A stretch of 64,000 bases of DNA, from positions 896,001-960,000 of the forward strand of contig CBDCYI010000005.1 in the NCBI GenBank assembly GCA_965224085.1, given 5' to 3'. The notes under the pieces are model-generated. The model did no database searches. It was given only the letters and a program-made list of their open reading frames with translations, and was not told where the DNA came from. Positions within the stretch are counted from its first letter, which is position 1, and each line of letters opens with the position of its first letter. The position numbers were made by a program, and so were the translations under genes. The stretch comes from Candidatus Marinacidobacterales bacterium. GTDB lineage: Bacteria; Acidobacteriota; Vicinamibacteria; Marinacidobacterales; SMYC01. Positions 38,640 through 48,916 of the stretch are shown in pieces.

Positions 38640-39414
38640 GATAATCGACCTGATGCGCGATATAGAGGAGGCTGGCTTTTTCGAGCTGAAGGCGCCGCGC
38701 CGACGCCCAATCCCTCGCGACCTCGCTACCGACGGCGCTTTCGATCATCTCCAGGATGTGGTCTAGGAAAAAGGCCTCCTCCGCGGGATAACGGCCCTCG
38801 GTTGGGTGAACGATCCAATCGGAGCTTCCGATTTCCAAAACTTCGACCGGGTGGCTCGCGAGCGCGTGGAAAAGCCGTCTTCCGGTCTTGCTGCCGCTAC
38901 CGCCACTACCGATCGTCTCGTGATACTGCTCGAGAACCTCACCGTCCGACGGGTGCTCCGGCTCGAAGATGGTCTCGCCGTCGAACGTAATGGGGAAGTA
39001 AAGCAGACCACCCGGGCGGGCGAGCCCGATGAGCGCCTGAAGGCTTGTGCCGAGATCGACAATGTCGAGAAAGGCATGAGCGAGGACGAGGTCGAACCGG
39101 CCCTGCTCGGAGGGATCCGAAGCGAAGTTTTCGAGTGTTTCCGCGATGAAACGGCCGTGGACGCGATCCCGCAAGCCGTGCTCGGCGATTTCGAGAAACG
39201 CGGGGCTCTCGTCGACGGCCGTGTAGTCGCGCGGCGCGGGGAGGCCGAATTCTAGATAGCGCTCGAGACCGATCCCGATCCCGGCCCCTACATCCACGAA
39301 GCTGGGTGCTCCTCGGGCTTCGAGCTCTGTTCTGAGCCTTGCTAAGACCCGGCCATTGAGCGCCCGGTCGTCGACCGTTCGCTTGGCTTCGAGGTAGCGC
39401 TGGGATATCGACAC
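38620..39414 (-). CDS. Class I SAM-dependent methyltransferase
   Basis: DVGAGIG; FDLVLAHAFLD; ITFDGET. Confidence 0.8.
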   Translation of the reverse strand: MSISQRYLEAKRTVDDRALNGRVLARLRTELEARGAPSFVDVGAGIGIGLERYLEFGLPAPRDYTAVDESPAFLEIAEHGLRDRVHGRFIAETLENFASDPSEQGRFDLVLAHAFLDIVDLGTSLQALIGLARPGGLLYFPITFDGETIFEPEHPSDGEVLEQYHETIGSGGSGSKTGRRLFHALASHPVEVLEIGSSDWIVHPTEGRYPAEEAFFLDHILEMIESAVGSEVARDWASARRLQLEKASLLYIAHQVDYLVRKRT

Positions 39415-39481
39415 GCGCGGTATCTTAGCCTCTCATACGGTAGGATAGACAGGCTACGATGCTGGAGAAAAGGAGCCCGTA

Positions 39482-40195
39482 CTGAGCGCGATCCTAGCGG
39501 ACCTCTACGCGCGACTCTCGAACGCCAAGGAGACGTCGTCCGGAAGGGCCCGCCCCTATGTCACGTTGGCCTATGCCCAGAGCCTCGATGGCAGCATTGC
39601 CGGTGACACAGGTCGTCCACTGGGCTTGAGCGGTCCGAGCTCTCTGCAGCTCACCCATGAGCTCCGGGCCGCCCACGACGCGATTTTGGTCGGGGTCGGC
39701 ACGGTGCTCGCCGACGATCCGCAGCTCAACGTTCGCCTCGTTAGCGGACGCGACCCTCAGCCCATCGTCGTCGATTCGCGCTTGCGTCTCCCCGAGACGT
39801 GCCATTTGCTCTCGAATGGCCGCGGTGCCTGGGTTGCGACGACAGATGACGCGAGCGACGAGGCCGTTTCGCGCATCCGTGCCAAGGGCGCCGACGTGCT
39901 CCGCTTGCCGGCGCTCAAAAACGGCTGGGTCGACCTCGAGAGCGTGATGGCCGTGCTCGTCGAGCGCGGCACGTCGCACCTACTCGTGGAAGGCGGGGCC
40001 CGCGTCCTCACGAGCTTCTTGAAGGCCCGTCTCGCAGACTACGTTGTCCTCACGATGGCGCCTCGCTTCGTCGCGGGCGTGCCAGCGCTCGTCCAGCACG
40101 AGCTCTCGCCGTTTCCCGAGCTGTCATCGTGGCAAAGCGAGCGTCTCGGGGAAGATCTCGTCCTGGCCGGTGAGTTGAGCTGGTCCGACGCATGA
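39482..40195 (+). CDS. RibD C-terminal-domain reductase (start uncertain)
   Basis: RPYVTLAYAQSLDG, DAILVGVGTVLADDPQL, LLVEGG; frame open upstream of 39566 to AAGGAG plus CTG. Confidence 0.85.
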   Translation: MSAILADLYARLSNAKETSSGRARPYVTLAYAQSLDGSIAGDTGRPLGLSGPSSLQLTHELRAAHDAILVGVGTVLADDPQLNVRLVSGRDPQPIVVDSRLRLPETCHLLSNGRGAWVATTDDASDEAVSRIRAKGADVLRLPALKNGWVDLESVMAVLVERGTSHLLVEGGARVLTSFLKARLADYVVLTMAPRFVAGVPALVQHELSPFPELSSWQSERLGEDLVLAGELSWSDA

Positions 40196-41211
40196 AGCGT
40201 CGTACGCTAACCTTCACGGCGCCGCGCCGCATCGAGATTCTGGAAGATGACGTCCCCACTCCCTCCGAGAAGATGCTCCTCGTCCGCACGGCTTCCTCGG
40301 CGATCAGCGCCGGCACCGAGCTCCTTGTTTATCGCGGCGACATTCCAGAAGGTCTCGTCCTCGACGAGGGCTTGCCGGCATTTCGAGCACCGTTTCTCTA
40401 CCCCGCGAGCTATGGTTATGCCGCGGTCGGCGAAGTGGTGGGGATCGGTGCCGGCGCGGACCGCTCGTGGATGGGAAAGACCGTCTTCAGCTTTCAGCCC
40501 CACACGAGCCACTTTCTCGCGGCCGAGGACGCGCTCTACCCGATTCCGGAAGGCGTTACCGCAGAGGCGGCGACTCACTGGCCGATGCTCGAGACCGCTG
40601 TCAACCTCGTCCTCGACGCGCAACCGCTCGTAGGCGAGCGCGTGCTCGTGGTCGGCCAAGGCGTGGTGGGGCTAGCGGCCACGAAGCTCTTGGCCCGTTT
40701 TCCTCTCGCGCTCCTGTGGTCGGTCGACCCCTTCGCGTCTCGGCGGCGAGCTTCGCTTCGCGCGGGCGCAAGCCGCTCTCTGGGTCCAGACGAGATGGAA
40801 GCCGAGAGTGACTTCGATTTGAGCTTCGAGCTTTCAGGAACGGCGGCCGGGCTGAACGTCGCCATCGCCGCCACGGGCTTCGAGGGGCGTGTCGTCATCG
40901 GTTCGTGGTATGGCGCGAAGCGCACCGAAGTGGATTTGGGAACGCACTTCCACCGGGGGCGTCTTCGTCTCGTGAGCAGCCAGGTGAGCCATCTCGGCTC
41001 GCCGCTTCTTTCGCGATGGTCTAAGAAACGCCGGATGGACGTGGCGGGCAAAGCTCTTTCCCTAGCGAATTCCGATGACGATAACGACGACAATGAAAAT
41101 TTCAGTGCGCTCATCACGCACCGTTTCCCGCTCGAGCGCGCCTTTGAAGCCTACGCGCTTTTAGACGAGCACCCTGAAGATTGCCTCCAGGTTTTGCTGG
41201 CCTATACTTGA
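40192..41211 (+). CDS. Zn-binding alcohol dehydrogenase-like (MDR) oxidoreductase
   Basis: AISAGTE, GYAAVG, GQGVVG, SWYG. Confidence 0.85.
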   Translation: MKRRTLTFTAPRRIEILEDDVPTPSEKMLLVRTASSAISAGTELLVYRGDIPEGLVLDEGLPAFRAPFLYPASYGYAAVGEVVGIGAGADRSWMGKTVFSFQPHTSHFLAAEDALYPIPEGVTAEAATHWPMLETAVNLVLDAQPLVGERVLVVGQGVVGLAATKLLARFPLALLWSVDPFASRRRASLRAGASRSLGPDEMEAESDFDLSFELSGTAAGLNVAIAATGFEGRVVIGSWYGAKRTEVDLGTHFHRGRLRLVSSQVSHLGSPLLSRWSKKRRMDVAGKALSLANSDDDNDDNENFSALITHRFPLERAFEAYALLDEHPEDCLQVLLAYT

Positions 41212-41218
41212 GGCCGAC

Positions 41219-41623
41219 ATGGCGAAATACGCGCTCGGCGTGAACACTGATTTCGCCGCGAAGCACTACCTTGTTGGAGGCGATTTCGGCCCCGAGGGCG
41301 AGCCCCACTCGCACGACTACCGTGTCGAGGTAGTCCTCGAGGGCGACCGCCTGGACGAGCACGGCTTTCTCGTCGACATCGTTCGCGTCAAAGCAGAGCT
41401 CGGTGAGCTCGTGGACCGCTATCGCGATAATATGTTGAACGATCTCCCCGAATTCGCGGGAGCGTCTACCGGCTGCGAAGCATTCTCCCGGGTTGTCGCG
41501 GAGGCGCTTTCTGAGCGGCTCGGCTTGGCCGGGATATCCCGGCTGCGCGTGAGGATCTGGGAGAACGCCGAAGCTTGGGCCGAAACGAGGCTCGATTTAG
41601 CATCGAATAACGATGCGGAGTAA
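41219..41623 (+). CDS. 6-pyruvoyl-tetrahydropterin synthase / QueD-like T-fold protein (COG0720)
   Basis: FAAKHYL..HSHDY..GFLVD..WEN. Confidence 0.85.
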   Translation: MAKYALGVNTDFAAKHYLVGGDFGPEGEPHSHDYRVEVVLEGDRLDEHGFLVDIVRVKAELGELVDRYRDNMLNDLPEFAGASTGCEAFSRVVAEALSERLGLAGISRLRVRIWENAEAWAETRLDLASNNDAE

Positions 41624-41625
41624 CG

Positions 41626-43521
41626 ATGGCGAAAGAGACCCACCAATTCCAAACCGAAGTCCAACAGCTCCTCGAGCTTTTGATCCACTCTCTGTACTCG
41701 CACAAAGACGTGTTCTTGCGGGAGCTCATCTCGAACGCGTCGGACGCGCTCGACCGGTTGCGGTTCGAAGCTTTGACGAAGCCCGAGCTTCTGGCGGAAG
41801 GCCCTGAGCTCCAGATCCAGCTCGAAGCGGACGCCGAGGCCCGTACGCTCACGATCCACGACAACGGGATCGGGATGAGCCGCAAGGAGTTGATCGACAA
41901 TATCGGGACGATTGCGAAATCGGGCTCGCGCGAGCTCGTGAAGAAGATGAAAAAGGCGACGTCCGGCGATGCCGAGATTGGCGAGCTGATCGGGCAGTTC
42001 GGTGTCGGCTTCTACTCCTCGTTCATGGTGGCAGAGAGAGTCGTCCTCGTCACTCGTCGCGCCGGCAAGAAAAACGCCATCCGCTGGGAGTCCGGGGGGA
42101 AAGGCGACTACACGATCGATCGCGCGGAGCGGGATTCGAGCGGCACGAGCATCACGCTCCATCTGCTGCCCGTCGACCAAGAGCAGGGAGTCGAGGACTT
42201 CGCCGACGAGCACGCGGTCACGAGCATCGTGCACCGCTACTCCGATTTCATCGCCTATCCGATCGTGCTGAAGACCAAAAACGAGGACAAGACGCTCAAC
42301 TCGATGAAGCCCATCTGGGAGCGGCAGGCCTCCGAGGTCACGGATGAGGAATATGCGGAGTTCTACAAACATATCTCGCATGACTGGCGTGAGCCGCTCG
42401 AGCGTATTCTTCAACGGGCGGAAGGAACCATCGAGTACCGGGCGCTCTTGTTCATCCCCAGCGAGGCTCCACTCGACCTCTATTACGTTGGCGCCGAGGC
42501 CGGCCTTCGGCTCTATGTGAAGCGGGTGTCGATTATGGAGCGCTGTGAGGAGCTCCTGCCCCGCTATCTCCGTTTCGTGCGGGGCGTCGTGGATTCGTCA
42601 GATCTGCCGCTCAACGTCTCGCGCGAGATGCTGCAGCACGACCGGCAGATCCGGCAAATCCGCAAAGGCCTGTTGAAGAAAATCCTCGATGCGCTTCAAA
42701 AGATGAAAGCGGACGACGACGAAAAATACTTGAAGTTCTGGGGGCCCTTTGGCCGGTCGCTCAAAGAGGGCGTCTCCGAGGACTCCGACAATCGAGACAA
42801 GTTGACCGAGCTTCTACTGTTTCCTTCCTCCGCCGATTCCGGGAAGCTCACGTCCCTCGCCAACTATGTGTCGCGGATGAAGGACGGCCAGGACTCGATC
42901 TACTACTTGACGGGCGACAGTCAGGATGTGGTCGAGAGCTCACCTCATCTCGAAGCCTTTCGCGAGAAAGGCGTGGAGGTGCTTTATCTTACGGATGCGG
43001 TCGACGAGCTCGTGGTCCAGGCGCTGACGGAGTATGACGGCAAGAAACTGCAATCCGCCGGGAAGGGTGCTGTCGATCTCGGCACCGAAGAAGAAAAAGA
43101 AGAGCAGAAGAAGGAGCTCGACGAGAAAGGCAAAGCTTTCGAGACGCTTCTCGCGCGTACCCAGGAAGCCCTCTCGGATCGTGTGAAAGAGGTACGACTC
43201 TCGACCCGCTTGACCACGTCGCCCGCCTGTCTCGTCAGCGGCGAAGGGGATGTGAGCCCGCGCATCGAGAAATGGCTACGGCAGCAGCAAGGAGATATGC
43301 CGATACAACAGCGCATCCTCGAGCTCAACCCGGGCCACGAGATCATAACGAGGCTCAAAGCGAAGCTCGACGTGCAAGAGAGCTCGGAAACGGTTCCCCA
43401 ATATGCCGAGCTTCTCTACGGATACGCGCTTTTGGCTGAAGGCTCCGAAGTCGCGGACCCGGTGGATTTCGCGCGTCGTTTTGCTGCGCTCATGGAGCGC
43501 GGGCTCAATGCGCCAGATTGA
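41626..43521 (+). CDS. htpG: Chaperone HtpG (Hsp90)
   Basis: FLRELISNASDA, DNGIGM, IGQFGVGFYS, LPLNVSRE. Confidence 0.97.
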   Translation: MAKETHQFQTEVQQLLELLIHSLYSHKDVFLRELISNASDALDRLRFEALTKPELLAEGPELQIQLEADAEARTLTIHDNGIGMSRKELIDNIGTIAKSGSRELVKKMKKATSGDAEIGELIGQFGVGFYSSFMVAERVVLVTRRAGKKNAIRWESGGKGDYTIDRAERDSSGTSITLHLLPVDQEQGVEDFADEHAVTSIVHRYSDFIAYPIVLKTKNEDKTLNSMKPIWERQASEVTDEEYAEFYKHISHDWREPLERILQRAEGTIEYRALLFIPSEAPLDLYYVGAEAGLRLYVKRVSIMERCEELLPRYLRFVRGVVDSSDLPLNVSREMLQHDRQIRQIRKGLLKKILDALQKMKADDDEKYLKFWGPFGRSLKEGVSEDSDNRDKLTELLLFPSSADSGKLTSLANYVSRMKDGQDSIYYLTGDSQDVVESSPHLEAFREKGVEVLYLTDAVDELVVQALTEYDGKKLQSAGKGAVDLGTEEEKEEQKKELDEKGKAFETLLARTQEALSDRVKEVRLSTRLTTSPACLVSGEGDVSPRIEKWLRQQQGDMPIQQRILELNPGHEIITRLKAKLDVQESSETVPQYAELLYGYALLAEGSEVADPVDFARRFAALMERGLNAPD

Positions 43522-44281
43522 GATGGCGGACGATGCGGCGCACTGCCGCGCGCGGCGACACGCGCACCGTTAGCGCCAATAGGCGATTCAACAAACCCGG
43601 GATCGCGACCGCTTGACCGCGCTCCATGGCGCGGTAGCCGATCGCGGCCACCGGGCGCGCATCCTGAAGACCGAAGCGGGCGAGTCGCGAGCCTCCCATG
43701 TTCGCCCGTGCTTGAAACTCCGTCCGGGTCGGGCCGGGGCAAAGAGCGGTCACGGTGACGCCGGTGCCGCGGAGCTCTTCGGTGATCGCTTCCGAGAAGG
43801 AGAGTACGTAGGCTTTGGTCGCGTAATAGACCGCCATGAAGGGGCCGGGCTGGAGGGCGGCGGTCGAGGCGACGTTCAGTATCTGGCCGCGGCCTCGCGC
43901 GATCATGGGCGGAAGCAATCGATGAGTCAGCTCGGTGACTGCCTCGATGTTCAAGCGGAGCATGGAAAGCTGCATGTCGAGATCGGTCTCGTGAAAGGCC
44001 GCGAGATTTCCGAATCCGGCATTATTGACGAGGGTTCCGATCTCGAGCCCGCGCTCCTCGAGCTTCCTTCGTGTTGTCTCCACGGCGTTTCCGGTCGCAA
44101 GATCCTGCACAACGATCTCGACGCTAACGCCGTGTTCGTCATGAAGCGTTTTTCCCAGCGTTTCGAGCTTGTCCGGGCTCCGTGCGAGAAGCACGAGGTC
44201 GCGCCCATTCTCGGCCGAGATGTGAGCGAGTGCTTTTCCGATGCCTGTCGATGCTCCGGTGATGAGCGTGAACCTACCCAT
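43505..44281 (-). CDS. SDR family oxidoreductase
   Basis: TGASTGIG, NNAGFG, YYATK. Confidence 0.92.
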   Translation of the reverse strand: MGRFTLITGASTGIGKALAHISAENGRDLVLLARSPDKLETLGKTLHDEHGVSVEIVVQDLATGNAVETTRRKLEERGLEIGTLVNNAGFGNLAAFHETDLDMQLSMLRLNIEAVTELTHRLLPPMIARGRGQILNVASTAALQPGPFMAVYYATKAYVLSFSEAITEELRGTGVTVTALCPGPTRTEFQARANMGGSRLARFGLQDARPVAAIGYRAMERGQAVAIPGLLNRLLALTVRVSPRAAVRRIVRHLNLAH

Positions 44282-44377
44282 AGCTGGCCCACTATACTCC
44301 GTCCAGCGCGCCCGCTTGTCAGCCCCCGTCCCTCCCGGTAAACTGGTCGACAGCTCACACGCGGCCTGGTTTTTCTA

Positions 44378-44860
44378 ATGGTGATCCGTTGTTCAAATTG
44401 CGAGATCTCGATCCCGGAAGAGGAGCTTCCGCGGATTGGAGACTCCTCGAAGGTTCTCTGTCCTAGCTGTCTCGAGCCGCTCGCGCTGCCCGAGTTAACG
44501 CTCCCCCTTGGTTACGCTGGGAAAACTCTTGCCCCTCCGACGGCCGGGTTGGATGTCGGCCGAAAATATTCGCTCCTGGTTGTAAGCGGCCCGGAAGCGG
44601 GGAAGGTTCTCGATATCACCAAGGCAGAGATCATAATTGGCCGCGACGGTTGCGACCTAGAGCTCGACGATCCTGAGATCTCACGCCGCCACGCGCTCGT
44701 CTCCATCGAGGGTGCGCGTGCGCGTCTTCGGGATTTGCGCAGCACCAACGGGACATTCGTCGCCGAAAAGCCGATTGAAGAGACGATGCTCGAAAATAGC
44801 GACCAATTCCGCGTGGGTAGTCACGAGGTAGCGCTCGTCGTCACCGAGAACGACGCCTAG
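44378..44860 (+). CDS. Zn-ribbon + FHA domain protein
   Basis: CSNC..CPSC; IGR, ISRRHA, STNGTFV. Confidence 0.85.
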   Translation: MVIRCSNCEISIPEEELPRIGDSSKVLCPSCLEPLALPELTLPLGYAGKTLAPPTAGLDVGRKYSLLVVSGPEAGKVLDITKAEIIIGRDGCDLELDDPEISRRHALVSIEGARARLRDLRSTNGTFVAEKPIEETMLENSDQFRVGSHEVALVVTENDA

Positions 44861-44913
44861 CCCGTTTCTCGGTATAATACGGTCCCTTTGGACTCCATTC
44901 TTAATGGCGGACG

Positions 44914-46983
44914 ATGAGCTATCCCTATAGAAATAAAGAAATTAGCTGGCTTTCCTTCAATGCCAGAGTGCTCCAGGAGGCGAGCGATCAGAGCGTCCCG
45001 CTCATCGAACGGCTACGTTTTCTCGGGATCCACTCCTCGAATCAAGACGAGTTCTTTCGCGTGCGCGTCGCCACGTTGCATCGTCTCGCGCGGCTCGGAA
45101 AGAAGGGTAAGAAGCTTCTCGGCCACGATCCACGCGGAGTCATCGCCGAGATCAAAGACATCGTCTCGAGGCAACAGGAGGTGTTTCAGGGCATCTACGA
45201 GCAGCTGCTCGATGAGCTCGTTGCCGATGGGATCCACGTCGTTGACGAGACGTCCTTGACGGCTGAGCAAGGCCGCTTCGTCGAAACCTATTTTCGCCAG
45301 GAGGTCCGCTCGAAGCTCACACCGCTGATGGTCAGCAAAAACTCGAAATTTCCGGAGCTCAGGGACAAGTCGATCTATCTCGCGACACGTTTGCGCAACC
45401 GGCAAGGAAAAAGCGATCGCTTTGCGCTCATCGAGGTACCGACGGATGCGCTCCCGCGTTTTCTCAGCTTGCCGCGCCTCGAGCGACGGCAATACGTCAT
45501 CCTTCTGGAGAACGTGATTCGCTACAACTTGAAGGACATTTTCTCGCTCTTTAAGTTCGAATCCATCGAGTCGCACCTTATCAAGCTGACGCGGGATGCC
45601 GAACTCGACATCGATGAGGACGTGACCGAAAGCTACTTGCGAAAAGTCATGAAGAGCGTCAAGCACCGGAAGGAGGGAAGTCCTGTCCGATTCGTCTATG
45701 ACCGCGAGATCTCGGACGAGCTTCTCGAGCTCATCAAGCGCAAGCTGCGCATTCGCGGCGAGGACAGCATGGCGCCAGGCGGGAGGACGCACAATTTCAA
45801 GGACTTCATCGACTTCCCGAAGATTGGCGAAAGCTCGCTCCTCTATCCGAAATTGGATTCCGTGCCTGTGGCGCCCATCGACCGCGCGCGCGGTATCTTT
45901 TCGGTCATGCGCACCCAGGAGATTCTTTTGCATTTCCCTTATCAATCTTTCGACTACGTGATCGACCTTCTGCGCGAGGCCGCCATCGATCCCAAAGTCG
46001 CCGAGATCAAGGTCACGCTGTACCGGGTGGCCCGCCACTCCGGCGTCGCTAATGCGCTCATCAATGCCGTCCGTAACGGCAAGGCGGTTACGGTGATCAT
46101 CGAGCTGCAGGCACGTTTCGACGAGGAGACCAACGTCGCGCTCGCGAATCAGCTTCAAGAAGAAGGCGCGCAAGTTATCTTTGGCGTCCCGACGCTGAAA
46201 GTGCACGCGAAGATCGGCCTCATCACGCGGCGAGAGAAAGGCAAACTTTCTCGCTACGCTTTTCTCGGAACGGGCAACTTGAACGAGGATACGGGCAAGC
46301 TCTACACCGACCATTGCCTCTTCACCACCGATAAGAGGCTGACGCGCGAAGTCGATGCGGTATTCGACTTTCTCCAGGACAACTACCGCGTCTCGTCTTT
46401 CAAGCATCTGCTCGTCGCACCCTTCACGTTCCGGAAGAGGCTCGTCGAGCTCGTGCAGCAGGAAATCGAAAACGCGAAAAACGGTATTGATTCGGCCATC
46501 GACCTCAAAGTCAATAACGTCACCGACCCCGGCATGATGGCGCTTCTTTACGACGCTGCGAACGCGGGAGTGAAAGTGCGTCTCAATGTACGGGGCATGT
46601 ATTCTTTGCTACCCAAGGCCAACGAGCGGCCCGAGAATCTCGAGGCGATAGGGATCATCGATCGTTACCTAGAGCACACGCGGATCTTCGTCTTCGCCCA
46701 TGGTGGTGAGCGGAAAGTGTTTCTTTCGTCCGGCGACTGGATGACGCGCAGTTTGGATCGCCGGGTCGAGGTAAGCTTTCCCATCTACGACCCTCGTATT
46801 CAGCAACAGCTCATCGACCTCTTGGACATCCAGTGGCGGGACAACGTCAAGGCTCGTGTTCTCGAAGATCTTTCTAACCGGTATCGGCCGAGAGTCGGTA
46901 AGGCCGTCCGGGCCCAGACGGCTTTCTACGAGCGGCTCCGCGGCCGCGCGGGCGACGAGTCCGAAGACAAAGCTTCCGCCTAA
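44914..46983 (+). CDS. ppk1: Polyphosphate kinase 1
   Basis: EISWLSFNARVL, ELQARFDEE, KVHAK, RYLEHTR. Confidence 0.96.
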   Translation: MSYPYRNKEISWLSFNARVLQEASDQSVPLIERLRFLGIHSSNQDEFFRVRVATLHRLARLGKKGKKLLGHDPRGVIAEIKDIVSRQQEVFQGIYEQLLDELVADGIHVVDETSLTAEQGRFVETYFRQEVRSKLTPLMVSKNSKFPELRDKSIYLATRLRNRQGKSDRFALIEVPTDALPRFLSLPRLERRQYVILLENVIRYNLKDIFSLFKFESIESHLIKLTRDAELDIDEDVTESYLRKVMKSVKHRKEGSPVRFVYDREISDELLELIKRKLRIRGEDSMAPGGRTHNFKDFIDFPKIGESSLLYPKLDSVPVAPIDRARGIFSVMRTQEILLHFPYQSFDYVIDLLREAAIDPKVAEIKVTLYRVARHSGVANALINAVRNGKAVTVIIELQARFDEETNVALANQLQEEGAQVIFGVPTLKVHAKIGLITRREKGKLSRYAFLGTGNLNEDTGKLYTDHCLFTTDKRLTREVDAVFDFLQDNYRVSSFKHLLVAPFTFRKRLVELVQQEIENAKNGIDSAIDLKVNNVTDPGMMALLYDAANAGVKVRLNVRGMYSLLPKANERPENLEAIGIIDRYLEHTRIFVFAHGGERKVFLSSGDWMTRSLDRRVEVSFPIYDPRIQQQLIDLLDIQWRDNVKARVLEDLSNRYRPRVGKAVRAQTAFYERLRGRAGDESEDKASA

Positions 46984-47011
46984 GGGTTAGCGCCCATTGT
47001 GGAGGAAAAGC

Positions 47012-48553
47012 ATGCGCGCTATAGCGTTCGTCTGTTGTTTCGCCATCGCGTCGTTCGCGTCGTTCTCAACCGGCTCAACCGGCGCAGCCGGCGCAGCCGG
47101 CGCAGCCGGCGCAGCCGGCCAGCCGCTCGCTGATTTCGACGCCTATGTGCAACGGGCCGTGGCCGACTGGGACGTCACGGGCCTCGCCGTGGCCGTGGTC
47201 AAGGACGGAGACGTCCTCTTCGCGAAAGGCTACGGTATCCGCGAGCTCGGCAGTGGGGTGAAGGTCGACGAGCACACGCTGTTTGCCATCGGCTCCACGA
47301 CCAAAGCGATGACCGCGGCTGCCATCGGTATGCTCGTCGACGAAGGCAAGCTCGATTGGGACGATCCTGTCACGGACCACTTGCGGGAATTCCGGCTCTA
47401 CGATCCTTTCGTCACGAGGGAAATCACTATTCGCGACCTCTTGACGCATCGCGCAGGCCTTCCCAACGCGGATTTTCTCTGGTACGGCCAGGATCGCGAG
47501 TCCGACGACATCCTCTTCCGCATGCGCTATGTCGAGCCCGAGACTTTGCTCCGGTCGTCCTTTACGTATCAGAACATCATGTATGCCGCGGCGGGCGAGG
47601 TCGTGGCCGAGCTCAGCGGGATGAGTTGGGACGCCTTCATCCAGAAGCGCATCTTCGAGCCGCTCGAGATGAACGGGTCGATCGCCTCCGCGGCGACCCT
47701 CGACGCGCAGCCGAACGTTGCACGGCCGCACTATCGTGTCGACGGCGCCACCCGGGTCATCGAGAACGCGAGCGTGGACGCGATCGCGCCGGCGGGCTCG
47801 GTGTGGTCCAGCGTCTTCGATATGGCTCAATGGATGCGGTTTCTGCTCGAAGGCACGACACGGGACGGGACAGAGCTCTTGTCGAAGGAGACCCTCGAGG
47901 AGCTCTTCACGCCGCAGACACTGGTGGACCCAGAGGAGTTCTACCCCACGCAGCCGGTAACGAACCCCCACTGGATGACCTACGGTCTGGGCTGGTTCCA
48001 ACATGACTATCACGGAAGGGCGGTTGACTTTCATACCGGTAGCATCGACGGGATGGTCGCCATCCACGGTCTGATCCGTGACGAGCGGCTCGGCGTCTAC
48101 GTACTCGGGAATCTGGACCACGCGGAGATCCGGCACGCGCTGATGTATCACGTGTTCGATCGTTTCGGGGAAGGCTCGAACCGAGACTGGAGTGCTGCGC
48201 TCAAAGCTCTCTATGACGAGCTGAGTCGGAACGCGGACCTACGCCAGAGCGAAGCTAAAAAGACGCGCGGCGGCGGCACTACGCCAGCGCTCGCGCTCGA
48301 GCGCTACACGGGGACCTATGCTGACGAGCTCTACGGTGCCGTCCAGATTACGGGCGATGGGGATGGTCTACGTTTGTTTTACGGGTCTGGCCTGAAGGGT
48401 GAGCTCGAGCATTGGCACTACGACGTGTTTCGGGTGCACTTCGATGCGGCGTGGCGGGGGTCGACTCTGGTGAGCTTCGAGCTCGATCGAAAAGGGGAGG
48501 TAGCTGCGCTTTCGATGGGCGATGCTTCTTTCGCGCGTAAAGCGAAGAAGTGA
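47012..48553 (+). CDS. Secreted serine hydrolase (beta-lactamase-like) with DUF3471-type C-terminus
   Basis: STTK, YQN, HTGS motifs. Confidence 0.88.
   Translation: MRAIAFVCCFAIASFASFSTGSTGAAGAAGAAGAAGQPLADFDAYVQRAVADWDVTGLAVAVVKDGDVLFAKGYGIRELGSGVKVDEHTLFAIGSTTKAMTAAAIGMLVDEGKLDWDDPVTDHLREFRLYDPFVTREITIRDLLTHRAGLPNADFLWYGQDRESDDILFRMRYVEPETLLRSSFTYQNIMYAAAGEVVAELSGMSWDAFIQKRIFEPLEMNGSIASAATLDAQPNVARPHYRVDGATRVIENASVDAIAPAGSVWSSVFDMAQWMRFLLEGTTRDGTELLSKETLEELFTPQTLVDPEEFYPTQPVTNPHWMTYGLGWFQHDYHGRAVDFHTGSIDGMVAIHGLIRDERLGVYVLGNLDHAEIRHALMYHVFDRFGEGSNRDWSAALKALYDELSRNADLRQSEAKKTRGGGTTPALALERYTGTYADELYGAVQITGDGDGLRLFYGSGLKGELEHWHYDVFRVHFDAAWRGSTLVSFELDRKGEVAALSMGDASFARKAKK
47048..47119 (+). repeat. 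Compound in-frame 9-bp tandem repeat
   Basis: (GCGTCGTTC)x2 (TCAACCGGC)x2 (GCAGCCGGC)x4. Confidence 0.9.
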
Positions 48554-48557
48554 CCGG

Positions 48558-48767
48558 TCACGTCCGGGCTTTAGCGCGCTCTATCGCTTCGGTCACCCGC
48601 TCTTGGTGACGCTGCTTTATCGCTTGGAGAAGCTTGGGATATTCGCGGCGAACTCGTTGAGCTCGTCGCGGCCGATGCGAGAAGCTCGCTATCCTGTAGT
48701 CGGCTTGAAGCCGCGCAAGCTCTTGCTTCGGGTTGCGGGAGACAGACTTCGAGAGAGATTTGAACAT
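48558..48767 (-). CDS. Small basic hypothetical protein
   Basis: 69-aa helical-looking ORF in an intergenic gap; no recognised motif. Confidence 0.4.
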   Translation of the reverse strand: MFKSLSKSVSRNPKQELARLQADYRIASFSHRPRRAQRVRREYPKLLQAIKQRHQERVTEAIERAKART

Positions 48768-48916
48768 CGAGGCCTCGATTGTTGGGTTGTGCCATCAGGA
48801 TCGCAACGCGTCGAGCTTTTATCAACGGGAACGCACCGCGATTTGGAACACTGTTTGCGGATTCAGTAGTAGCGCCTTTTCCAAAAGAGCGGTAGGCTAG
48901 TCAGAACGAGGGCAGA

